Below the pieces are notes generated by a model. It ran no database searches and had not been told where the DNA came from. It worked only from the letters and a program-made list of their open reading frames with translations. 36,934 nt of DNA from the NCBI GenBank assembly GCA_034718095.1, contig JAYEMK010000013.1, forward strand, positions 10,696 to 47,629. Direction: 5' to 3'. The position numbers and the translations under genes were made by a program. The DNA comes from Candidatus Bipolaricaulota bacterium (lineage in GTDB: Bacteria > Bipolaricaulota > Bipolaricaulia > UBA7950 > UBA9294). This document shows positions 1 to 8,361 of this stretch, piece by piece. The first letter of the stretch is position 1. Each line of letters opens with the position of its first letter.

Positions 1-69
1 ATCACGAATTTCACGAATTATTCGTAAGAACCAGGGACTAAGGACCTATTACCTGTCACCCATTACCCG

Positions 70-951
70 TTACTCATCACTGTTTTGATGTTTGTTTCGC
101 AGGGCATTGGTAATGGCGCGGATGTGTCCCGGGGTCGTACCGCAGCAGCCCCCGAAGATTTTGACCCCAAGCCCTACGAATTTGCGCGCGTAATTGGCCA
201 TTTCTTGAGGGGTTACACTGTATACCGCATTGCCCGCTTTCATCCTTGGCAGGCCGGCGTTCGGTTTTGCCATCAGTACGGCTGCGGGTGCTGCTGTCCG
301 CATCTGTTGGATGGCCCGCAGATTGTCGCTGAGCGTGCGTCCGCAATTGGCCCCGATCGCGGCGACCTCGAGCCTGGATAGTTCGACAGCTGCGATATCC
401 GGTCTTACCCCCATCATCGTGTGTACATGAGTATCAAAGCTCATGCTGGCAATAATTGGAAGGTCGCTTACCCTGCGCACGCCCTCCACTGCGGCCTTGA
501 TCTCGTCGATGTCGCTCATCGTCTCGATGAGGATCGCGTCTACGGCACCTTCGGCCAGGGTGGTGGCCTGTTCAGCGAAGAAACTCACAGCCTCCTTGTA
601 GGATAAGTTCCCCAACGGACGGAGCAACTGCCCGGTCGGGCCAATGTCGCCAAGCACCAAGGCCTTATCTCCAGCCGTCTCTCGTGCTAGTCTGGCAGCG
701 GCGAGGTTTATCCTGCGCAGCTTGTCGCCCAGGCCCATTCGTTCCAATTGCGGGCGACTGCCAGCGAATGTATTTGTGAGGATAAGCTCGGCCCCCGCGG
801 CTATATAATCCTGATGGAGTTTCCTTACTACGTCTGGACGGTCCAGGTTCAAACTCACCGGGGGGACACCTACCTCCTGCAACATCGTACCGGTTGCCCC
901 ATCCGCGATGAGGACATCAGCCTCAGCCAACCGATCCTCGAATCGATTCAT
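70..951 (-). CDS. Homocysteine S-methyltransferase domain protein (stand-alone MetH N-terminal-like / BHMT family)
   Basis: 293-aa ORF. Motifs: DGATGTML near the N-terminus, GANCG, and a GGCCGTTPGHI Cys-Cys zinc-ligand motif near the C-terminus. No attached pterin or B12 domains. Confidence 0.8.
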   Translation of the reverse strand: MNRFEDRLAEADVLIADGATGTMLQEVGVPPVSLNLDRPDVVRKLHQDYIAAGAELILTNTFAGSRPQLERMGLGDKLRRINLAAARLARETAGDKALVLGDIGPTGQLLRPLGNLSYKEAVSFFAEQATTLAEGAVDAILIETMSDIDEIKAAVEGVRRVSDLPIIASMSFDTHVHTMMGVRPDIAAVELSRLEVAAIGANCGRTLSDNLRAIQQMRTAAPAAVLMAKPNAGLPRMKAGNAVYSVTPQEMANYARKFVGLGVKIFGGCCGTTPGHIRAITNALRNKHQNSDE

Positions 952-1006
952 CTTTCCCCCTTCTTTTTAATTGTACCCCTTTCCAGGTAAAGGCTCGATC
1001 CCGGCC

Positions 1007-1035
1007 CTGACTTTGTACGGTCGCCCCTGTAAAAT
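1007..1035 (+). promoter_or_regulatory. Putative sigma70-type promoter for aor (CTGACT-17 nt-TAAAAT)
   Basis: Hexamers with 17-nt spacing lie about 20 nt upstream of the AAAGGGGG Shine-Dalgarno and the ATG at 1056. The -35 is a weak match. Confidence 0.3.
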
Positions 1036-1055
1036 GTGCTGTAAAGGGGGTCTAT

Positions 1056-2891
1056 ATGCACGGTAATTTCGGCAGATATCTGGATGTGGATCTAACAGAG
1101 AGGAAGATCAAAGACTACGAGATTCCGATTGGTTGGCTTTCATTACACATTGGAGGGCGCGGGATCGCCGCCAGGATCCTGGTTGAAGAATTGAAGGGTG
1201 GGGAGGATGCGCTCTCCGCTGAGAATATCCTTGTCTTCGCCACCGGCCCATTTCAGGGTACCGGGATCGTGGGTGCAGGGAGACATGTAGTGATGGGTAT
1301 ATCCCCCAAGACAAACAGTATCTGTGATTCTTACTGTGGGGGGTATTTCGGTCATGAGCTTGGCCGAAGCGGTTATGATGGGATCATCATCCGCGGTGCA
1401 GCCAGTGGCCCTGTATATCTTAGTCTGATCGATGGGGAGGCAGATGTTCATTCGGCAGTTGACCTGTGGGGAATTGGCACCGGGGAGACTGTGGGACGAT
1501 TGAGGAAACATTACCCACAGGCTCGGGTGGCAACAATCGGCCCCGCCGGGGAGAACCTTGTGCAGATGGCATGCATCATCCACGATGGCACTCGGGCTGC
1601 TGGCAGACCAGGCCTGGGGGCAGTGATGGGGGCAAAGCGACTGAAGGCGATCGTAGTGCGTGGGCATGAGGGAAAACCGATCCACGATCCGGAGCGATTA
1701 AAACAGGAGCGGTCACAGTATGTCAGAGGGTTCATCGACGATGAGATGAAGGAGCTCGGGAAGTACGGGACGGCGAGCGGGCTCGTCCCTCTGTCTGAGC
1801 AGGGGATCCTTCCTACGAAGAACTTTCAGGAGGGAAGCTTCGCGCTTGCGGAGAACATCGGTGGGGAAAGAATGCACGACACGATCCTCGTGGGACGGGA
1901 GTCTTGCGCCGGGTGCCCCATTCGCTGTAAACGTGTTGTAGAGACCTCATTTGCCGGAAGGAAGGTTTTAACCAGGTTCGGGGGGCCAGAATACGAGACC
2001 CTTGCTGCGTTCGGTTCGCTGTGCCTGAATGATGACCTCGACTCGATTGCGCTGGCGAATCAGCTGTGTAACGACTACGGGCTCGATACCATATCCACCG
2101 GGGTTGCGACCGCCTTTCTCATGGAGGCCTCGGAGTATGGGCTGCTCGATGACCCCATCCGGTGGGGTGATGGAGAGGCGATTGTAGGGTTGGTGGATAA
2201 GATCGCTAATCGTCAGGGGATAGGAGAGCGGGTTGCAAACGGATTGGAATTTTTGGCTACTCAACTTGGTGCCGAGTTCAACATGACGATCAAGGGGGTA
2301 GAGATACCTATGCATGAGCCGCGGGGTAAACAGGGACTTGGGATCAGTTACTCCACCTCACCCCGTGGGGCCACACACATGGAGGCGAATCATGATACCG
2401 CTTTCGAGGTCAACCCCGAGCTGGGGGTCGAAGGAGACTACGATCGATTTACATTGGCCGACAAGCCGGGGGTGGTGAAGATACAGGAGGATCTACGTTC
2501 GTTCGATAATTCACTCATCCTGTGTGCCTTCACATCCCGTTCAAGCGATGACAGATACAGATATCCTCATATTCGCTCCCTGCTAGCTGCCGTCACCGGC
2601 CAAGAGCTCTCCCCGCGCGAGATGTTGAGGGTGGGAGAGCGGAATTATGCCCTATTGCGCCTCCATTCTGCCCGTTGTGGATACACGGTGGAGCAGGATG
2701 GATTGCCGAGACGATTTACCGAGCCGTTGCCGAGTGGGGCCAGCGCCGGCCATCCGATAAAGGGGGAAACATTGGATAAAGCGATAAGGGACTATTATCG
2801 AGAGCGGGGATACGACCGCTTTGGCCCAACGGATGAGACATTACGTAGACTCGGGCTTGAGGATTGCGTCGGGCTAATCGAGAGGCAGTAA
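1056..2891 (+). CDS. aor: Aldehyde:ferredoxin oxidoreductase (tungstopterin AOR family)
   Basis: 611-aa ORF with a typical AOR N-terminus (GRYLDVDLT...). It has the 4Fe-4S ligand motif CAGCPIRC (C-x2-C-x3-C) and AOR domain 2/3-like sequence throughout. Confidence 0.9.
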   Translation: MHGNFGRYLDVDLTERKIKDYEIPIGWLSLHIGGRGIAARILVEELKGGEDALSAENILVFATGPFQGTGIVGAGRHVVMGISPKTNSICDSYCGGYFGHELGRSGYDGIIIRGAASGPVYLSLIDGEADVHSAVDLWGIGTGETVGRLRKHYPQARVATIGPAGENLVQMACIIHDGTRAAGRPGLGAVMGAKRLKAIVVRGHEGKPIHDPERLKQERSQYVRGFIDDEMKELGKYGTASGLVPLSEQGILPTKNFQEGSFALAENIGGERMHDTILVGRESCAGCPIRCKRVVETSFAGRKVLTRFGGPEYETLAAFGSLCLNDDLDSIALANQLCNDYGLDTISTGVATAFLMEASEYGLLDDPIRWGDGEAIVGLVDKIANRQGIGERVANGLEFLATQLGAEFNMTIKGVEIPMHEPRGKQGLGISYSTSPRGATHMEANHDTAFEVNPELGVEGDYDRFTLADKPGVVKIQEDLRSFDNSLILCAFTSRSSDDRYRYPHIRSLLAAVTGQELSPREMLRVGERNYALLRLHSARCGYTVEQDGLPRRFTEPLPSGASAGHPIKGETLDKAIRDYYRERGYDRFGPTDETLRRLGLEDCVGLIERQ

Positions 2892-2892
2892 G

Positions 2893-3381
2893 GTGGTTCC
2901 CACACTGGCTTTCATCGGTCATCAGGATAGTGGGAAGACCACCCTGCTGACTCAGCTGATCCCCATCCTGTTGGGACGTGGTTACCGTGTAGGGACGGTG
3001 AAACACACCCCACATGAGGCCGAACTCGATCAATCGGGCAAGGACAGCTTTCGACATCGTCGTGCCGGGGCAGTGCAGACACTCGTTGTGAGCAGCTCCG
3101 AATACGTCCTGTTCGGCGGGCCTCGCCCCGAGGAGACGATCCAGGGGACTATAGACCGGCTATTTGTCGGTCTCGATTTGGTCCTCGCGGAAGGATTTAA
3201 GCATGGTCCATTCCCCAAGATCGAGGTCTACCGCAGCCTGAGCCACCCATTGCTGGCAGGGCAGATCGAGGTCCTGGCGGTGGTAACAGATCAAAAACTG
3301 TCTTTACCAGCCGGGATTCCCCTCCTGTCTCCCGGCAGGCCAGAGCGGATTGTTTGGTTTATAGAAGAGAGTTTTCTCTAG
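2893..3381 (+). CDS. mobB: Molybdopterin-guanine dinucleotide biosynthesis adapter protein MobB (P-loop NTPase)
   Basis: 162-aa ORF with P-loop GHQDSGKTTL followed by GTVKH. The GTG start lies 1 nt after the aor TAA stop, suggesting translational coupling. Confidence 0.8.
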   Translation: MVPTLAFIGHQDSGKTTLLTQLIPILLGRGYRVGTVKHTPHEAELDQSGKDSFRHRRAGAVQTLVVSSSEYVLFGGPRPEETIQGTIDRLFVGLDLVLAEGFKHGPFPKIEVYRSLSHPLLAGQIEVLAVVTDQKLSLPAGIPLLSPGRPERIVWFIEESFL

Positions 3382-3406
3382 TTTTTACCCTATTGTGGCT
3401 CAAAGA

Positions 3407-3435
3407 TTGCTATTTATTTGGCACGGCATTATAAT
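3407..3435 (+). promoter_or_regulatory. Putative sigma70-type promoter (TTGCTA-17 nt-TATAAT)
   Basis: Near-consensus hexamers with exact 17-nt spacing, about 45 nt upstream of the ATG at 3479. An AAGGGGGG Shine-Dalgarno lies in between. Confidence 0.45.
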
Positions 3436-3478
3436 AGGTTTTTGAAGCGCTCATTACAGTCATAAGGGGGGAAATTCC

Positions 3479-4558
3479 ATGTCAGAGGTGATGATAAACG
3501 GGGTAACCAAGAGATTTGGTGAGCTTATAGCGGTGAATAATATCGACCTGGAGATCGAGGACGGAAAATTCACCGTCCTTGTGGGCCCTTCAGGCTGTGG
3601 AAAGACTACCACCCTGCGAATGATCGCTGGGTTGGAGGAGATCACAGAGGGCGAGATCTCCATCGGTGATCGCGTGGTTAACAATATCCCGCCCAAGGAT
3701 CGCGATATAGCCATGGTCTTCCAAAATTATGCGCTCTATCCGCACATGGATGTGTACAACAACATGGCGTTCGGGCTGAAGCTGCGCAAGACCCCAAAGC
3801 GGGAGATCGAGCGGCGGGTACAAGAGGCAGCGGCACTGCTCGGGATTGAGGATAAACTGAAGAGCAAACCACGGGAGCTCTCCGGTGGGCAGCGGCAAAG
3901 GGTGGCAGTAGGGAGGGCGATCGTCCGCGACCCTAAGGTATTTCTATTCGATGAGCCTTTGTCAAACCTGGATGCCAAATTGAGGGTGCAGATGCGCACG
4001 GAACTTGAACAATTACACCATAAGCTTCGGACGACCACGGTCTATGTGACCCATGATCAGACAGAGGCGATGACGCTGGGGAGCAAGATCGCCATCATCC
4101 GTGGCGGGGTGGTGCAGCAGTATGCCCCACCGCAAGAGACGTACGATCATCCGAGCAACCTGTTCGTGGCTGGCTTTATCGGCAGCCCAGCTATGAACTT
4201 CCTCCCTGCACGGCTCGTCTCAGAGGACGGTCGTCAGCTGTTGGTCGGGGAGGGCTTCCAGTTGACCCTGCCCCCTGATAGGGGAGTTTCGGATCTGCCC
4301 ATCCAGCTGGCCGTCGGTATCCGCCCGGAGGATCTGAACGGTCCGGTGACGGACGGGGATAACCTGCTTGAGTTGAAGGTACTGGTGACGGAGGCACTGG
4401 GAAATGAGCTAATCATCTACACGGACTGTGGGGGGAAACAGGTGGTTGCCAACCTCGATCCGCATCAACAGATAGAGGTAGATTCGGCCATCAAATTGAC
4501 GGTCAATATGGAGACCCTGCACCTGTTCGATCCTGAGACCGAGGAAACGCTTCTGTAG
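3479..4558 (+). CDS. Carbohydrate-type ABC transporter ATP-binding protein (MalK/MsmK/UgpC family)
   Basis: 359 aa. Walker A GPSGCGKTT, signature LSGGQRQRV, Walker B FLFDEPLSNLD, and a C-terminal MalK-like regulatory (TOBE-like) domain. No permease or binding-protein gene is adjacent. Confidence 0.9.
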   Translation: MSEVMINGVTKRFGELIAVNNIDLEIEDGKFTVLVGPSGCGKTTTLRMIAGLEEITEGEISIGDRVVNNIPPKDRDIAMVFQNYALYPHMDVYNNMAFGLKLRKTPKREIERRVQEAAALLGIEDKLKSKPRELSGGQRQRVAVGRAIVRDPKVFLFDEPLSNLDAKLRVQMRTELEQLHHKLRTTTVYVTHDQTEAMTLGSKIAIIRGGVVQQYAPPQETYDHPSNLFVAGFIGSPAMNFLPARLVSEDGRQLLVGEGFQLTLPPDRGVSDLPIQLAVGIRPEDLNGPVTDGDNLLELKVLVTEALGNELIIYTDCGGKQVVANLDPHQQIEVDSAIKLTVNMETLHLFDPETEETLL

Positions 4559-4559
4559 A

Positions 4560-5594
4560 TCACTCGAACAGATCCATCATGTAGAGCAGTCGGGAGTCGA
4601 TCGGTCGAGGGGTATTGCTGAGGGCCCTCTCCAATTTGACCGGCTCGATCTTCATCCCATGGACGGCCGTCATCACATCGAATTTTTCGTCAAGGGCAAA
4701 CTCGATTGCAGCGGCCCCAAACCGGGTGGCCAGGATGCGGTCGAGTGGGGCGGGGCTCCCTCCTCGCTGCAGATAGGCAAGGTTTGTCACTCTTACTGGC
4801 ACTTCCAATCTCTGTGAAAGTTGGTTTGCCAGGTATTGTCCCACCCCACCGAGCCGGACGTGACCAAACTGGTCAACCTCTGCCTCTTCAACGACCTGTG
4901 TGTCCATCCCGGTTGGGGTTGCCCCTTCAGCGATGATGATGAGGCTGAAGTGTTTCTTTCTGGCCTGCCGATGAAGTACCTTTCGGTGGACCTCCTCCAC
5001 CTGGAATCCCGCCTCTGGGGTGATGATAACATCGGCCCCCCCGGCGATTCCCCCCAACAGGCTCAACCAGCCGTTATCCCTGCCCATTACCTCGAGGATG
5101 AGTACGCGGTGATGGGAAAAGGCGGTGGTGTGCAACCTGTCCAGGGCATCGGTGATCACCCCCAGGGCGGAGGCGAAACCGATGGAATAATCGGTCTCGG
5201 CGATGTCGTTGTCGATCGTCTGGGGGATCCCTATTGTCTTTACCTCATGCTTTTGGGCAAGTTGGTGGGCCACGCCCAATGTGTCGTCTCCCCCGATGGC
5301 GATTAGGTAGTCAATCGCGTTCTGCTGGATTGTCTTCAATACCTTTTCCGCTCCCCCGTCGATTTTGAACGGGTTTGTGCGTGAGCTACCGAGCAGCGTT
5401 CCGCCGATGTGAAGGATACCGGATACATCGTCCACCCCCAGTGGGCGGGTGAGATTATCTATTGGGCCTCTCCAGCCCTCGAGAAACCCGATCGTCTCTA
5501 TCCCGTTTCTGTAGCCGAAGCGTACGATTGAGCGGAGTACAGCGTTGATCCCTGGCGAGTCACCGCCCCCGGTCAGCACCCCTAACCTTTGCAT
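4560..5594 (-). CDS. pfkA: 6-phosphofructokinase (phosphoryl donor uncertain, ATP or PPi)
   Basis: Motifs GVLTGGGDSPGINA, IGGDDTLG, PQTIDNDI and MGRDNGW. The ORF opens at 5600, but the AGGGGGA Shine-Dalgarno abuts that ATG, so the second ATG at 5594 is the more likely start. Confidence 0.85.
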   Translation of the reverse strand: MQRLGVLTGGGDSPGINAVLRSIVRFGYRNGIETIGFLEGWRGPIDNLTRPLGVDDVSGILHIGGTLLGSSRTNPFKIDGGAEKVLKTIQQNAIDYLIAIGGDDTLGVAHQLAQKHEVKTIGIPQTIDNDIAETDYSIGFASALGVITDALDRLHTTAFSHHRVLILEVMGRDNGWLSLLGGIAGGADVIITPEAGFQVEEVHRKVLHRQARKKHFSLIIIAEGATPTGMDTQVVEEAEVDQFGHVRLGGVGQYLANQLSQRLEVPVRVTNLAYLQRGGSPAPLDRILATRFGAAAIEFALDEKFDVMTAVHGMKIEPVKLERALSNTPRPIDSRLLYMMDLFE

Positions 5595-5698
5595 GTTCAT
5601 TCCCCCTAAAGAACAGATTTACCCATGCAAATTCATGTTTATATTTTTCTGTTAGTAAGTTTATACCCAGCCCGATCTCAGTTCCAGTCAAACAGGGG

Positions 5699-6652
5699 CT
5701 ATTCATCGGTTAAGGTGCGGTAGCGGCCGACGGATCTATAGCGTCGATAGCGGGCGGAGAGGAGTTCGTCTATATCGGTTTGGGAGAGGTCAGCCAGATG
5801 TCCGATGATAGCCTCTTTGAGTGAGACTGCAGTCTGTTTGAGATCCTTGTGTGCCCCCCCCAAAGGCTCCGGGCATACCTCATCGATCACCTCCATTTTT
5901 AGCAGTTGGGGTGCGGTCAGGCTTAGGGCGTGTGCTGCATCCGCTACTTTCTCTTTGTCCTTCCACAAGATGGCAGCCGCCCCTTCCGGGCTGATGACTG
6001 AATAGATGGCATTCTCCAGCATAATCGTCCTGTCAGCTACCCCGATTGCCAATGCACCTCCAGATCCCCCTTCACCTATTATTGCGGCTATTATCGGCAC
6101 GCGCAGCCGCACCATCTCAAGCAAATTATCCGCTATTGCCCCGCCGATATTTAGCCTTTCTGACTCCAATCCAGGGTAGGCCCCAGGTGTGTCAATCAGG
6201 CTGATCAATGGGAATGAGAATCGCTCAGCTAGTTTCATTATCCGGCGGGCCTTCCTGTAGCCTTGTGGGCGGGTCATCCCAAAATAGCGCTCTTTGTTCT
6301 CCTCCGGGGTTCGGCCCTTCTGTTGTGCAATTATCACCACAGTACGCCCATCGAGCCGGGCCAGTCCGGTAAGCAGGCTGCGATCATCGCCGGCAATGCG
6401 GTCCCCATGAAGCTCATAGAAATCTGTACATATCTCGCCTATATAGTCGAGGGCGTAGGGTCGCTTTGGGTGACGGGCGATCTTAACCCTTTCCCACTCG
6501 CTCAGGTTTTCGTACAGTTTGACCTTGAGTGTCTTCAGCTTTTGTTCGAGTTTTTCTATCTCCTCAGTGAGTTCGATCCCATCTGTCTTGTTGAGTTCAG
6601 ACAGCTCTTGGATCTTGGCCTCGAGGAGATCAAGTGTTCTTTGATCGCTCAT
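5699..6652 (-). CDS. accA: Acetyl-CoA carboxylase carboxyltransferase subunit alpha
   Basis: 317 aa with the typical AccA N-terminal coiled region, then HPKRPY...GDR and IIGEGGSGGALA motifs. Confidence 0.95.
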   Translation of the reverse strand: MSDQRTLDLLEAKIQELSELNKTDGIELTEEIEKLEQKLKTLKVKLYENLSEWERVKIARHPKRPYALDYIGEICTDFYELHGDRIAGDDRSLLTGLARLDGRTVVIIAQQKGRTPEENKERYFGMTRPQGYRKARRIMKLAERFSFPLISLIDTPGAYPGLESERLNIGGAIADNLLEMVRLRVPIIAAIIGEGGSGGALAIGVADRTIMLENAIYSVISPEGAAAILWKDKEKVADAAHALSLTAPQLLKMEVIDEVCPEPLGGAHKDLKQTAVSLKEAIIGHLADLSQTDIDELLSARYRRYRSVGRYRTLTDE

Positions 6653-7491
6653 CCTGCCTCCGCGAAGAAGTTAAGTACCCTCGCCAGTTCATCACCCAGA
6701 TCCTCCCTGGCGACCACCCGGTCTAGGAAACCGTGCTCCAGGGCAAATGAGTCGGTCTGAAAGTTCTTGGGGAGTTCTTCGGCGATCGTGTCCCGGATCA
6801 CCCGTCTTCCGGCGAACCCGACCAGGGTTCCCCGCTCAGCGATGATGATGTCCCCCATACTGGCGATAGATGCCTCCACCCCGGCGGTTGTGGGGTAGGT
6901 CATAAGCGAGATGAACGGCAGCCGCTCTGCGGCGAGCCTGGCGCGCACTGTGGCGGTTTTCGCCATCTGTAACAGGGAGAAGACCCCTTCTTGGATTCTC
7001 GCCCCCCCTGACGCGGACACGAGGATGAACGGGCAACGCCGGCGCATCGCCTCCTCCATACCATGGCAGATCTGTTCCCCCATCACCGAGCCCATGCTCC
7101 CCCCGATGAATCGAAAGTCCATCACCCCGATCATCACCGGGATCCGGGCGATATTGGCGCTGCCTATTATGATGGCACTGGGTAGACCTGTCTCTTTTTG
7201 TGCTGCCTCTATTCGCTGGGGATATGGCCTGGTGTCCTGAAATGCGAGTGGGTCATCGGCCATGATCGGGCTGGAGACATCCTCAAAGCTCCCCTCGTCT
7301 ATGAGTGACTCCAACCGCTCTTTTGCGGTGAGGAAGAAGTATTCCCCACAGTAAGGGCAGATGTTATTGTTCTCTCGCACCCGGCGTTTGAAAACAAGCT
7401 CCCCGCACGATTTGCACTTCATCCAAAGGCCCTCATCGGCCTCTCTGTCCAGTTTGACACGAAAATAGTGTTTGTCCTTGAAGATCGCCAT
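6649..7491 (-). CDS. accD: Acetyl-CoA carboxylase carboxyltransferase subunit beta
   Basis: 280 aa. N-terminal zinc ribbon CKSCG...CPYCG, then FIGGSMGSV. The stop overlaps the accA start (ATGA). Confidence 0.95.
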   Translation of the reverse strand: MAIFKDKHYFRVKLDREADEGLWMKCKSCGELVFKRRVRENNNICPYCGEYFFLTAKERLESLIDEGSFEDVSSPIMADDPLAFQDTRPYPQRIEAAQKETGLPSAIIIGSANIARIPVMIGVMDFRFIGGSMGSVMGEQICHGMEEAMRRRCPFILVSASGGARIQEGVFSLLQMAKTATVRARLAAERLPFISLMTYPTTAGVEASIASMGDIIIAERGTLVGFAGRRVIRDTIAEELPKNFQTDSFALEHGFLDRVVAREDLGDELARVLNFFAEAG

Positions 7492-7497
7492 CTTGAA

Positions 7498-8226
7498 TCA
7501 CCCCCTGGTGTGTTTGAACAGCTTGAGCCGAGGGCGCTGTACTTTATCTCCTTTGTGGATGCTTTCAGGTAGAACCGAGCCACTGGATAGCACCATGGAG
7601 AGCGCATCGTCCACAGGTATGTCGAGGTAGGTAACCTTTCGTTTGGGGATGATCAGCATGTAACCGGAGAGGGGATTTGGGGCTGTTGGGGTGTATACGA
7701 GGATACATTCCTCTCCTATCGCCTCCTGTAGCTTCCCCACCCGCTCATTGGTGACCAATCCGATGGCGTTTATCCCCTCCTTTGGGTACTCGAACATGAC
7801 GACCTTTTTAAATGAGGTCGCATCGCCCCGAAGGATGGCTGAACTGAATTGCTTCAGTGTACGGTACATCTTGCGCACCCCAGGGATGGTGAACAGGATA
7901 CGCTCCATGTAATAGTGAATGCTTCTACCGAGGAAGTTGCGGGTGATGAGCCCGATCAACAGGATGAGGATTACGGTCATGTAGATCCCCATTCCCGGGA
8001 TCCAGCGGCCGAGTGCCCGCTCTACGGTCTGACCGAATGGGGTGGATCTCCCCACCATTCCGTTTATCAGTTGGTAGAGGAACCATAATATGTAAAGTGT
8101 CCCCCCGATTGGCAGGATTGCCAACAGTCCACTTACGAAGGCATCTCTCAGGTGCCGCAGGAATCTTCTCAGCATATCAGCTGGCGGTTTGCTCGCTTTA
8201 CCTACCTTCCTCCTCCATTTACGCAT
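7498..8226 (-). CDS. DUF502 family membrane protein
   Basis: 242 aa with two N-terminal transmembrane segments, a PGxG...GLITRNFLGR motif and a soluble C-terminal domain, as is typical of DUF502. Confidence 0.7.
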   Translation of the reverse strand: MRKWRRKVGKASKPPADMLRRFLRHLRDAFVSGLLAILPIGGTLYILWFLYQLINGMVGRSTPFGQTVERALGRWIPGMGIYMTVILILLIGLITRNFLGRSIHYYMERILFTIPGVRKMYRTLKQFSSAILRGDATSFKKVVMFEYPKEGINAIGLVTNERVGKLQEAIGEECILVYTPTAPNPLSGYMLIIPKRKVTYLDIPVDDALSMVLSSGSVLPESIHKGDKVQRPRLKLFKHTRG

Positions 8227-8361
8227 TATAGATCATCATGTTTGTTCACGCACCTTGGGCGGTGGTCATCTCGACCGTTTTTTCTAGAGAATTTGCGAGA
8301 AGCAAACAGTTTGACTAGTATCTAAGGGATTTTTCAATTTACTACTCTAGGAGGTAAAACT

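Noticed and set aside
1-40. Direct repeat TCACGAATT x2 and the palindrome ACGAAT-T-ATTCGT at the extreme left edge, downstream of the methyltransferase gene.
   Set aside because: It is truncated by the window boundary, short, not followed by a U-tract, and not repeated elsewhere in the window, so it cannot be interpreted.
5601-5698. Search for a clean sigma70 promoter for pfk, and likewise for acs (8227-8361) and eno (21343-21439).
   Set aside because: Only poorly spaced or weak hexamers were found: TTGACT with a 20-nt spacer to TATAAA for pfk, TTGACT with a weak CAATTT for acs, and TTGCCT-17-TATTTT for eno. These are not strong enough to report as features.
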